A DNA stretch of 64,000 nucleotides, taken from positions 40,524 to 104,523 of the forward strand of contig CAYOAZ010000043.1 of NCBI GenBank assembly GCA_964402285.1, given 5' to 3'. The notes under the pieces are model-generated. The model was given only the letters and a program-made list of their open reading frames with translations. It ran no database searches and was not told the origin of the DNA. The position numbers and the translations under genes were made by a program. Below, piece by piece: positions 47,876 to 56,685 of the stretch. The DNA comes from an uncultured Anaerolineae bacterium. Lineage in GTDB: Bacteria > Chloroflexota > Anaerolineae > JAADDB01. Positions within the stretch are counted from its first letter, which is position 1. Each line of letters opens with the position of its first letter.

Positions 47876-49906
47876 TCACAAATCCAGGTACTCGCCCCTG
47901 ACGATTTCCTCCGGGCGGACGTGGAATTTCTCCAATAACTCGGCGGCCAACGTAGCCTTATTCAATGCGTCTTCCTGGGACCAGGTACGGCTTTTAATCT
48001 CCAAGAAATATTCCTCTTGTTCGGGTTTACTCAATTTGTCGATATTGATGGCGAAATCAACGCCTTTGTACCGAATGCGATAACGATTCCGCCATTTCAC
48101 GACTTCCTTAATCCGCTTAGGTTGGAAGTACTCGCGGTAAAACCGTAGAGAATACATGGCAGGCGCTGTAAAGCGCGATCGGGAGAGGATAACAGAGTTA
48201 CCAAACTCCCGTTCATGAGTAGGACCTAACAATGTCAACGTGTAAATAGGTTCCACATTTAAAGTCACCGGCAAACCCTTATCTTCACGTTGCCGAATGA
48301 CATTATCCTCACGATAGCGCAACACTCCCTGTTCGCGCCCGTTAAACAGGAAGTACGTATCGTACTGTTGACGAATAGTGTGTTTGATAATTTCGATGTC
48401 CGGGTCTGTAAGGAGTACATTCTCGACCTGGGCCGGATCCGCGATGCGGGCCTTCACCTGGATTTCAAACGTTTCCTTGCGTTCCAAGCCGCCAATGGCG
48501 ATTAATTTATCCAGTAAACTGGTCTCGCGTTTCTGGAGGAAGTCCGCGATTTGCTCCGCAATAGCCTGAGCGCGCTCATACACTTCAGCCTCATTAATCG
48601 TCACCACCACTCCATCACGTAGCACCTGCCGGCCGTTAATCCACACATCTCGAACATCACTAGCGTGGGCAGTGTACACTAGGTATCCGTATACATTTGC
48701 ATCGGTCATCCGATATTGAGGGTAAGCATGCGGTGTATCCAGCCGCAAAACGACGATGTCGGCCTTTTTGCCCACCTCCAGGGAGCCGATAAGGTGATCC
48801 ATGTGAATCGCCCGCGCGCCTTCGATTGTCACCATAGCAAACGCTTGCTCTGCAGGCAAAGCCGTAGGATCACCGGACACCCCTTTAGGCAATAGCGCGG
48901 CCAAGCGCATTTCTTCAAACATATCTTGGTCATTATTGCTAGCCGCGCCATCGGTCCCAACGGCCACAGCAACGCCCTGCTTCTGCATTTCAACTACAGG
49001 GGCGATGCCCGAAGCGAGTTTCAAATTGCTCGTTGGGTTGTGAACAACACCTACCTTCTTCTCAGCAAGGATGGGAATCTCCCGGTCTTCAACATGCACA
49101 CAGTGAGCCGCTATTGTCTTAGCGCGAAACACACCTTGCGAATCCGCCCACAAAATAGGGGGAACGCCACGCGTTTTATAGTTATCCCGTACCTCCTTAG
49201 CCGTTTCCGAGAGATGAATGTGAAGGGGCACTTCATATTCCAAGGCCAAATCAATGCACTTCTGAAGCATATCCTCGGTAGATGTATAAGGGGCATGAGG
49301 AGCCACGGCCGGGGTTATGAGTTCGTGGCCGCGCCATTTTTCAATGAAATCTCGTGTATAAGCCAGGCTTTCATCGTAGGATTGGGCGTCCGGAGAGGGG
49401 AATTTCAGGATCGTCTCGCCGCAAATGGCCCGCATCCCTGCCTCAGATGCTGCTGTAGCCACCTCATCCTCAAAGTAGTACATGTCACAAAATGTGGTGG
49501 TCCCCCCGCGAATCATTTCCAAACAGGAGAGTAAAGTACCCCAACGCACGAACTCAGGACCTACAAACTCGCGCTCAATGGGCATCATATACCCCATGAG
49601 CCACACATCAAGACGTTGATCATCAACAATGCCCCGGAGAAGGGACATAGGAACATGGGTGTGGGCATTAATAAGCCCGGGTATGACTAAATGCCCTCGA
49701 ACATCCACCACCTCAGCGTCGGGAAATTGGGCACGCACATCTTCAACGGGCCCAACGGCTACAATTTCCGAATCTCGAACCGCAACAGCGCCGTCGTATA
49801 GGATGCGCCGTTGGGCATCCATTGTAACAACAATCCCATGAGCGAGCATCCACACCGGGGCGTCGGTGGAAGCCTTGGCGGATGAAGAACTCGTATTTAT
49901 TCCCAT
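47876..49906 (-). CDS. Fusion: MtaD/SsnA-type amidohydrolase (5'-methylthioadenosine/S-adenosylhomocysteine deaminase-like) plus a C-terminal CYTH (triphosphate tunnel metalloenzyme) domain
   Basis: The N-terminal ~440 aa have amidohydrolase metal ligands ('GLINAHTHVPMS' and so on). The C-terminal ~230 aa show 'FEIQVKARI' (the ExExK motif), 'YDTYF', 'LRYRE' and 'YRIRYKGVDFAINIDKL...EEYFLEIK' (CYTH K/R/E ladder). AGGAGG lies 5 nt before the ATG at 49906. Confidence 0.7.
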   Translation of the reverse strand: MGINTSSSSAKASTDAPVWMLAHGIVVTMDAQRRILYDGAVAVRDSEIVAVGPVEDVRAQFPDAEVVDVRGHLVIPGLINAHTHVPMSLLRGIVDDQRLDVWLMGYMMPIEREFVGPEFVRWGTLLSCLEMIRGGTTTFCDMYYFEDEVATAASEAGMRAICGETILKFPSPDAQSYDESLAYTRDFIEKWRGHELITPAVAPHAPYTSTEDMLQKCIDLALEYEVPLHIHLSETAKEVRDNYKTRGVPPILWADSQGVFRAKTIAAHCVHVEDREIPILAEKKVGVVHNPTSNLKLASGIAPVVEMQKQGVAVAVGTDGAASNNDQDMFEEMRLAALLPKGVSGDPTALPAEQAFAMVTIEGARAIHMDHLIGSLEVGKKADIVVLRLDTPHAYPQYRMTDANVYGYLVYTAHASDVRDVWINGRQVLRDGVVVTINEAEVYERAQAIAEQIADFLQKRETSLLDKLIAIGGLERKETFEIQVKARIADPAQVENVLLTDPDIEIIKHTIRQQYDTYFLFNGREQGVLRYREDNVIRQREDKGLPVTLNVEPIYTLTLLGPTHEREFGNSVILSRSRFTAPAMYSLRFYREYFQPKRIKEVVKWRNRYRIRYKGVDFAINIDKLSKPEQEEYFLEIKSRTWSQEDALNKATLAAELLEKFHVRPEEIVRGEYLDL

Positions 49907-50121
49907 GTTTCCTCCTCATCCGCCAAGTCTTCTAACGACAAATCGTCCTCCTCCTCTTCCCAAAAATCCTCCTCCAATTCCTCATCTTCCAATTCAATGT
50001 CACCCAATTCTTCAAAAGTCATGCAGGAGAGTTCTTCAGGATCGAGTTCAATCTCCTCAGCAGTGCAATAACCATCCTCCCAATACACACATGTCGTAGC
50101 CGGACACTTTACTCTCGGCAT
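49897..50121 (-). CDS. Small Cys-containing acidic protein (DUF1540-like N-terminus plus a poly-Glu/Asp tail)
   Basis: 74 aa. 'VKCPATTCVYWEDGYCTAEEIEL' followed by a highly acidic tail. AAGGAGG lies 8 nt upstream. Its 3' end overlaps the amidohydrolase-CYTH start by 10 nt. Confidence 0.6.
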   Translation of the reverse strand: MPRVKCPATTCVYWEDGYCTAEEIELDPEELSCMTFEELGDIELEDEELEEDFWEEEEDDLSLEDLADEEETWE

Positions 50122-50218
50122 CTTCTCGCCTCCTTATCCGCTGAAGTAGCCCGGTTAAAGAACAATGTTTTGGACGTGCGTCACCTCCGTCGACTTCGCT
50201 GAAAACGGAATCTGCACA

Positions 50219-50656
50219 CTACAATGCCTGGTTTGTGAACGCACGCCACTCCAAAATGCTAAACAGAAACATCATAGTAATGCTAAATGCTGAAATAAGA
50301 CAATAGATGCAATACCCGTGCAGTACAAAAGCTTCGATGTATGTAAGGTAGGCCGAGTACAACCAACTGGCAAACGTCAACCCCACAAGAATCTGCAAAG
50401 CCCACATGCGCCGGCGCTTGTCTTTGACAAGGAAAGCGTACCCCCCTGTTCCCAACATCACCAAATAATCAATCAAGCCTAGCAAAGCCACAGGAATGCC
50501 AAACATCTTAGCGTATGGGCTGGCTTGCACAAAAGCACACTCTCCCAAGCCATAACACTGGGGATCCAGGTGGAAAAGGTGAGTGTACGTTAAATAGGCA
50601 GCAGCAGCCATCCCAATGAGATTAAAGGTGAAGAGCCCAACACATCGCCAGTTCAT
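50219..50656 (-). CDS. Vitamin K epoxide reductase (VKOR) family membrane protein
   Basis: 145 aa, 4 TM or more. Loop Cys pair 'CYGLGEC' and active-site 'CIYC' (CxxC). Confidence 0.75.
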   Translation of the reverse strand: MNWRCVGLFTFNLIGMAAAAYLTYTHLFHLDPQCYGLGECAFVQASPYAKMFGIPVALLGLIDYLVMLGTGGYAFLVKDKRRRMWALQILVGLTFASWLYSAYLTYIEAFVLHGYCIYCLISAFSITMMFLFSILEWRAFTNQAL

Positions 50657-51345
50657 GGAGTCGCCTCCTTCAGCGCGCGATCAACGGCCGCTTTCAGAAC
50701 ATCCCAGAACATGCCCCGTTCAATATATTGGCCGTTTACAAATATCGAGGGGGTCCCCCGCACCCCTAAACTTCGCCCTTCATCCATCTCCCGCATGATT
50801 TCATTCATGTACTTTCCGGAGTCCATACAAGCATCAAACGCTTTTGTGTCTAACCCCAAATCACGAGCATACCGCTTTAACTTCTCTACCGTGAAAGGAG
50901 TATCTGTGGGCTGCTTCTCGTATAAGTAGTTATGATAGGCCCAAAATTGTCCTTGTTCATTCGCGCACTCCGCGGCGTTGGCGGGAAGATAAGAAGCACT
51001 TGATATGATGAAATGTTTGAACACAAACTTTACTTTGCCCGTCTTAACATACTCCTGAATCAACTTCTGTTCCGGGCCAAAGGCAAACTCTCGACAGTGA
51101 GGACAGTGAAAATCGGAAAAATCCCACACGGTTACAGGGGCATCAGGATATCCCAACGTTTTTCCGGATACAGGAATACCTTCCAAGGAAGCGTCTGCGG
51201 GTTTAACCTCGTTGTTCCGAGACATTGTGCCTATGAGGATCAACAAAATAACAGCAATACCAGCCAACCCGAGAATGAACCAAAGGGCCTGGGCCGATTG
51301 TTGCTGCCGGGATGGAGATGTACGCTTTGCTTTTTGTCGAGCCAT
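50653..51345 (-). CDS. DsbA-family thiol:disulfide oxidoreductase (membrane-anchored)
   Basis: N-terminal TM anchor and thioredoxin-fold 'FHCPHCREF' CxxC. It overlaps the VKOR gene by 4 nt. Confidence 0.75.
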   Translation of the reverse strand: MARQKAKRTSPSRQQQSAQALWFILGLAGIAVILLILIGTMSRNNEVKPADASLEGIPVSGKTLGYPDAPVTVWDFSDFHCPHCREFAFGPEQKLIQEYVKTGKVKFVFKHFIISSASYLPANAAECANEQGQFWAYHNYLYEKQPTDTPFTVEKLKRYARDLGLDTKAFDACMDSGKYMNEIMREMDEGRSLGVRGTPSIFVNGQYIERGMFWDVLKAAVDRALKEATP

Positions 51346-51519
51346 GGGAGCCTCCCGCTCTTTTAGGTTCGGCTATAGGATAATGGGATTAGCGTCCCTT
51401 GTCAATGCCTATGGTATAATAGCCGCTGCTATTATAAGACATGCCGATTGGCATTGTCGATATAATCCTACAGTGGGGAAGACATCAAGATAACAAAACG
51501 TCCTAAAAAGGAGGATAAC

Positions 51520-52764
51520 ATGGAACGCCCTCGCCTCGTGGTGACCGGCATTTCCGCGCTGACGCCGGTAGGCCTGGACGCGAAAACTTCTTGGGAGAAC
51601 CTTGTCAATGGTGTATCAGGGGTGGATTACATCTCATCATTCGATGCTTCCGAGTATCCAGTCCGTATTGCCGCGGAGATTAAGGACTTTGATCCGACAC
51701 AGTACATGCCTCGCAAGGAGGCTAGACGAACCACCCGGGCCATACATTTCGCCATTGCATTGGGACGTATGGTGTTAGAAGATGCCGGGCTGGAAATTAC
51801 CGAGGAGAACGCAGAGCGTGTTGCTGTGGTTATGAACACCGGCGGTGGGGGTATTTCTGAAATCTTTACAGCAACACAGGATCTGCTGAACAAGGGACCT
51901 CGGGGGGTAAGTCCGTTTGTTATTCCAAATGTAATGCCCAACGCGGTAGCCTGCCAGATCTCTATCCATGAAGGCATTAAAGGCCCAGTCGTTACCGGAA
52001 CTGCTGCCTGTGCCAGCGGAAATATGGCGTTCATAGATGCTGCACGTCTGTTGTGGCTTGGAGAGGCAGAGGCGGCCATTGTGGGCGGGGTGGAATCAGG
52101 AATCAACCCGGTAGCAATCGCCTCTCTAGCACGGGCGGGAGCACTTTCGCGGCGGAACGATGAACCACAAAAAGCCAGCCGTCCGTTTGACAAGAACCGC
52201 GATGGATTTGTGTTCGGTGAGGGTGGGGCAGCAATGGTCATCGAAACAGAAGAACACGCGCGGAAGCGCGGTGCGCGCATTTATGCTGAGTTAGTAGGCG
52301 GAGCCGTCACAGGAGATGCCTACCATATTACTGCCCCCAGCCCTGGAGGAGAGGGCGCCGCGCGCGCTATCTCCCTGGCCTTGAAACGCAGTGGTGTACA
52401 CCCAGAGGAAGTGGATATTATTAGCGCCCACGCAACATCCACACCTCTGAATGATGTGGCAGAGACTCAAGCGATTAAACGGGCCCTGGGCCAACACGCG
52501 TATAAAGTCGCCATTACTGCGACCAAATCGATGGTAGGGCACCTCTTGGGCGGCGCTGGTGCGATAGCTGCTTTTGCAGCGGTTATGAGCCTCTACACGG
52601 GGATAGTGCCGCCTACTATTAACCTCGAAGAACCCGATCCCGAGTGTGATTTGGACTATGTACCTAACGTAGCGCGCGAAGTAAATGCGCGTGTAGCCCT
52701 GGCGCACGGCTTTGGATTTGGAGGACAAAACGCGGTTGTGGTCTTCCGAAAATACGAAGGGTAA
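51520..52764 (+). CDS. fabF: 3-oxoacyl-[ACP] synthase II
   Basis: 414 aa with full KAS II collinearity (active-site Cys 'TGTAACASG', His-His 'HATST' and 'GHLLGGAG'). Confidence 0.85.
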   Translation: MERPRLVVTGISALTPVGLDAKTSWENLVNGVSGVDYISSFDASEYPVRIAAEIKDFDPTQYMPRKEARRTTRAIHFAIALGRMVLEDAGLEITEENAERVAVVMNTGGGGISEIFTATQDLLNKGPRGVSPFVIPNVMPNAVACQISIHEGIKGPVVTGTAACASGNMAFIDAARLLWLGEAEAAIVGGVESGINPVAIASLARAGALSRRNDEPQKASRPFDKNRDGFVFGEGGAAMVIETEEHARKRGARIYAELVGGAVTGDAYHITAPSPGGEGAARAISLALKRSGVHPEEVDIISAHATSTPLNDVAETQAIKRALGQHAYKVAITATKSMVGHLLGGAGAIAAFAAVMSLYTGIVPPTINLEEPDPECDLDYVPNVAREVNARVALAHGFGFGGQNAVVVFRKYEG

Positions 52765-52778
52765 CCGAGGTAGGCCCC

Positions 52779-53069
52779 ATGGAGGGAAAGAAAGACTGTG
52801 TTCGAGCCCATGTTTTCGTCAGTGGCCGGGTTCAAGGTGTGTACTTTCGCGAGTACACACGACGCGAGGCCCAAAAAGTGGGCGTAACAGGGTGGGTCCA
52901 AAACTTGTGGGATGGACGCGTGGAGGCCGTATTTGAAGGCCCCCCGTCCGCAGTAGAGCACATGGTACGATGGTGCCATCGGGGTTCGCCACGGGCATAT
53001 GTAGAGCGGGTCGAGGTGAACTACGAACCGTGTACAGGTGAATTCAGCACGTTCCGAGTGCGTTGGTAG
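52779..53069 (+). CDS. Acylphosphatase
   Basis: 96 aa with the 'VSGRVQGVYFR' and 'GWVQN' signature motifs. Confidence 0.8.
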   Translation: MEGKKDCVRAHVFVSGRVQGVYFREYTRREAQKVGVTGWVQNLWDGRVEAVFEGPPSAVEHMVRWCHRGSPRAYVERVEVNYEPCTGEFSTFRVRW

Positions 53070-53098
53070 CGTGACCTTAAAAGCGAGGAGGAAGGTCC

Positions 53099-54034
53099 AT
53101 GGAGACAATTGTGCGTTCAGAGACCAAAACGGTCATCATTGGTCCACAACGCCCATTTGTAATCATTGGGGAACGCATTAATCCCAGCGGCCGGAAAAAA
53201 CTGGCTGCCGAAATGGCCGTGGGAAATTTTGAACGCGTGAAAAAGGATGCTATAGCCCAGGTACAAGCCGGAGCCCAAATTCTGGATGTGAACGCTGGCC
53301 TTGGAGTGGCCAATCCCCATGAAATAGAACCACACGTTATGGTTCAGGCCATCTTGGCCGTCCAATCCGTTGTCGATGTGCCAATTAGCATTGATTCCTC
53401 GGTTATTCCAGCACTAAAAGCCGGCTTAGAAGTGGCCAAAGGTAAGCCCATTGTAAACTCTGTGACTGGCGAGGAAGAACGGCTAGAAGCCATCTTACCG
53501 CTGGTTGCCGAGCATGGGGCCGTAGTTATTGGACTGTGTAACGACGAACGCGGAATCTCCTACGATCCAAAAGAACGCTTCCTGGTCGCGAAGAAAATTG
53601 TGGAACGCGCTGAATCATATGGCATCCCGCGTGAAGATGTGCTCATCGATCCCCTTGTCCTCCCGGCCGGAGCTGTCCCAGGCTCGGGGAAACAGGTATT
53701 CGACGTGGTTCGGATGGTCCAGGAAGAACTTGGGTGCAACACTGTGTGCGGGGCAAGCAACATCTCCTTTGGATTACCGGGCCGTCCTACTGTAAACGCT
53801 GTCTTTTTGGCCATGGCCATTGCCAGTGGCCTGACATCTGCCATAGCTAACCCCCTAGACGCGGAGGTGAAGAAAGCGATTTTAGCCGCAGATATGCTTA
53901 TGGGACGGGATGAGAACTGCATGCGCTGGATACAGTTCATGCGAGAGATAGAACCTCCGGCAGGGGACACCCGCGAAGCAGAACGGCGCGCCCGACGGCG
54001 GGCCCGACGAGAACGTCGAACAAGCGGAGGGTAA
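53099..54034 (+). CDS. Pterin-binding methyltransferase of the AcsE/MtrH family (methyltetrahydrofolate:corrinoid-type)
   Basis: Collinear with Moorella AcsE: 'VIIGERINPSG', 'ILDVNAG', 'IDSS', 'IVNSVTGEEE', 'VIGLCNDE', 'IDPLVLPAG' and 'NISFGLP'. It has a basic Arg-rich C-terminal tail. Confidence 0.65.
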   Translation: METIVRSETKTVIIGPQRPFVIIGERINPSGRKKLAAEMAVGNFERVKKDAIAQVQAGAQILDVNAGLGVANPHEIEPHVMVQAILAVQSVVDVPISIDSSVIPALKAGLEVAKGKPIVNSVTGEEERLEAILPLVAEHGAVVIGLCNDERGISYDPKERFLVAKKIVERAESYGIPREDVLIDPLVLPAGAVPGSGKQVFDVVRMVQEELGCNTVCGASNISFGLPGRPTVNAVFLAMAIASGLTSAIANPLDAEVKKAILAADMLMGRDENCMRWIQFMREIEPPAGDTREAERRARRRARRERRTSGG

Positions 54035-54037
54035 GCG

Positions 54038-54229
54038 ATGGCTAAAATAATTTACCGTGACCAAGAATGGGAAGTCCCCGGGGGAAAAACAGTTCGAGAA
54101 GTCATTGAGGAGTTGGGGTTGAACCCGGAATCCGTGTTGGCGACACGCGAAGGAAAACTCATTCACGAAGAAACAGTTATCGAGGAAGAAGATACTATTA
54201 AGTTGCTGGCAGTAATATCTGGGGGTTGA
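54038..54229 (+). CDS. ThiS/MoaD/TtuB-like ubiquitin-fold sulfur-carrier protein (C-terminal Gly-Gly)
   Basis: 63 aa ending in '...VISGG'. It lies 1 nt upstream of the PP-loop thiolase gene. Confidence 0.6.
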   Translation: MAKIIYRDQEWEVPGGKTVREVIEELGLNPESVLATREGKLIHEETVIEEEDTIKLLAVISGG

Positions 54230-54230
54230 G

Positions 54231-55250
54231 ATGCCGAAAACGCGTGGAAAAGTTATGCGTTGTAAGAAGTGCGGGCAACCTGCTGTTATTTACATGAGAC
54301 ACCACCGATTGGCCCTGTGCGCGGAGCATTATACCGAGTGGTTTATCAATTACACGCAAAGGACTATTGAGAAGTACCACATGTTTCGCCACGAAGACCG
54401 CATCCTCGTTGCGGTTTCTGGGGGAAAGGATAGCCTTTCCTTATGGGATGTTCTCGACCAATTAGGATACCGGGCAGACGGCTTGTACATTGGATTGGGT
54501 ATTGATGAAGGTATCCGTTATTCCGACAAATCCCTGGAAGCCATCCAGACATTTCTTAAAACACGTCCTCACCTCAAACTCCATGTCGTGGATATGAAGC
54601 AAACATATGGCGAAACGATTCCTGAACTAGCAAGACGTGTACGTCGCGGGCGAGGGAAACCGTGTTCAGTATGTGGTTTAAGCAAACGTCACATAATGAA
54701 CGAAGTGGCGTGGCGAGGTGAATACGATGTTCTGGCTACTGGTCATAATTTAGACGATGAAGCCGCGGTATTACTCCAAAACACTCTACGTTGGCAGACC
54801 GGCTATTTAGCGCGACAATCTCCAGTGTTAGAAGCAACATACCCAGGTCTCGTTAAAAAAGTAAAACCACTCTGTCGGTTCTACGAGCGCGAAGTCGCTG
54901 CTTATGCCATTGTGCGCGGCATCGAATACCAATACGAAGAATGTCCCTTCAGTGTAGGTGCCACTACCATCTATTACAAAGAACTCCTGAACGACTTAGA
55001 AAAACATTCACCGGGGAGCAAATTTCAGTTTTACACCCAGTTCGTCAGCGCGCGACGCAAAGGCCACATCACATTCCACGAACCTGAAGGCGATGTAATA
55101 TTGCGCCCATGCCGCGTGTGCGGACAGCCCACCACGGCCGGAGAGATTTGTGCGTTTTGTCGTATGTGGGTCACACCAGACATGGACATTGAGGAAGCCC
55201 GGCAGCGTGTACCACAACTTGTAATTCACTCCGACGAGAAAATTGAATAA
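54231..55250 (+). CDS. TtuA/NcsA-family PP-loop tRNA 2-thiolation enzyme (tRNA sulfurtransferase) with N- and C-terminal zinc fingers
   Basis: PP-loop 'SGGKDS', N-terminal zinc finger CxxC...CxxH ('CKKCGQ...CAEH'), cluster Cys 'CSVCG'/'EECPF', and C-terminal 'CRVCG...CAFC'. Confidence 0.65.
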   Translation: MPKTRGKVMRCKKCGQPAVIYMRHHRLALCAEHYTEWFINYTQRTIEKYHMFRHEDRILVAVSGGKDSLSLWDVLDQLGYRADGLYIGLGIDEGIRYSDKSLEAIQTFLKTRPHLKLHVVDMKQTYGETIPELARRVRRGRGKPCSVCGLSKRHIMNEVAWRGEYDVLATGHNLDDEAAVLLQNTLRWQTGYLARQSPVLEATYPGLVKKVKPLCRFYEREVAAYAIVRGIEYQYEECPFSVGATTIYYKELLNDLEKHSPGSKFQFYTQFVSARRKGHITFHEPEGDVILRPCRVCGQPTTAGEICAFCRMWVTPDMDIEEARQRVPQLVIHSDEKIE

Positions 55251-56320
55251 GCAGGTAAAGGCCACGGCTCATCTGCCCGATATATATCAATCCCAAACGC
55301 GTCCAATACCTCCTGAGCCAGGGCCAACTCCGAGCGAGGGATCTGGGCCAAAGAACGTTGAACTAAGGTAGCAGGCCCCTCTTGGCGAATAAGATGTGAC
55401 GATTGTGTAGCCGTCGTGGGAGAGGGGGTCAGGATACGTTGATACATCCGCTCCGGATCGGGGAAGTCATACCGCTCGGAAAGCCACTGGGCCACCTCGC
55501 GTGGCTTAGTCACCAACTCCTCATAAGTCACAACGTCCAACGCCAACGAATCCCGCAAGCGCAAGGGGATAATATTCTCTAAAGCCCACTCCAATACAAA
55601 ACGCTGAATGGGACTACCTGTATGCCACACTCTACGCGCAAAAGCACACAACTCGCTCCCTAAATGCACATCGCAGAACTGTTGATTTTGAAGATAGGCT
55701 TCAGCAATTCCCTCCCATTGTTGACGGATAATACTGGCGGCCACAGGTACCGGATGTCGTATCAGGTAAATAACATCCACATTAAATTCGCGGACAAACC
55801 ACTCCAGAAGTGCATTTGCGTTCAACATCTTCACAACCAACCGGTGGACCACCAAACTGTAATAAGGGCGCCAGAATGCCCATTGATTACGAACGCGCCA
55901 TTGACCGCCCAACACGCGGGAAAAATACATGCGCAACCGCGCCGCGTCCTCGTCACTAAGGGTAACGAATTTCCCTAGTGGAGGATGAGGTAGCAAAGTA
56001 TAATGGGGATGCAGCAGCCACAGGTTAAGAGGTTCATTGACATAATCCGTGTGCGGTTGGGTGTACAACATGTGAAGCAAGAGCGTGGATCCGCTCCGCC
56101 GGGTAGTAAATATTAGAAGAGGCCGCTTTTGCAAACGGTATATCGACAAATGACCTAGCACATGTTGCACCACTCGTTTCAACCCATCACGGGGGGAAAC
56201 GTATTCCGGACGCATCGTGCCCCAGTGTCCGGGAAGATAAGCCCACCAATAACTTGCCATAACACCCTTCCTCAAATGCGAAATCCATGCGCGACCTTCA
56301 GCCCTTCCAGTATAACACAT
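55226..56320 (-). CDS. Sulfotransferase-family protein
   Basis: 5'-PSB-like 'TTRRSGSTLL' P-loop and a later 3'-PB-like 'IRHP' region. The start is uncertain (alternatives at 56260 and 56215). Confidence 0.5.
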   Translation of the reverse strand: MCYTGRAEGRAWISHLRKGVMASYWWAYLPGHWGTMRPEYVSPRDGLKRVVQHVLGHLSIYRLQKRPLLIFTTRRSGSTLLLHMLYTQPHTDYVNEPLNLWLLHPHYTLLPHPPLGKFVTLSDEDAARLRMYFSRVLGGQWRVRNQWAFWRPYYSLVVHRLVVKMLNANALLEWFVREFNVDVIYLIRHPVPVAASIIRQQWEGIAEAYLQNQQFCDVHLGSELCAFARRVWHTGSPIQRFVLEWALENIIPLRLRDSLALDVVTYEELVTKPREVAQWLSERYDFPDPERMYQRILTPSPTTATQSSHLIRQEGPATLVQRSLAQIPRSELALAQEVLDAFGIDIYRADEPWPLPAYSIFSSE

Positions 56321-56594
56321 TCCTGGCCACAGTACGTGTGAACAGCACGCCCGGGAAACCCGCCGTCCAGTTTATAGCAAGGGACAAGGATCTTGCCGAG
56401 GACATAGAATGGTTGCAATATAGCCTCAAAAGCGGCCACACTCACCCAACCACTGAAGGTGGCGCCCCTACGGCTAAGCCCCTGCGGGACTGCAACAGAC
56501 GCTCCTCACAACTTTGCGTCTCAGGGCAACGATTTCCAACTGCTGGCAGGCCCGAAGTCATACGGATCCAGTCTCGTAAGGCCATTCTCCGAGT

Positions 56595-56624
56595 TTGGGA
56601 ACGAAGATAATGGTGCATTATAAT
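56595..56624 (+). promoter_or_regulatory. Sigma-70-type promoter: TTGGGA, 17/18-nt spacer, TTATAAT
   Basis: -35 at 56595-56600 and -10 TATAAT at 56619-56624, inside a ~365-450 bp gap with no convincing coding potential. It would drive the 56686/56770 ORF. Confidence 0.45.
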
Positions 56625-56685
56625 AGTATACCTGCTCGCGAAATTTGGTGCCGCGCCCATTATTACACCCAAACCATTGACGTGA

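Noticed and set aside
48926-49534. 202-aa ORF antisense to the amidohydrolase gene
   Set aside because: It is embedded antisense in a strongly supported amidohydrolase ORF.
51627-52280. 217-aa ORF antisense to the fabF gene
   Set aside because: It is embedded antisense in a strongly supported KAS II ORF.
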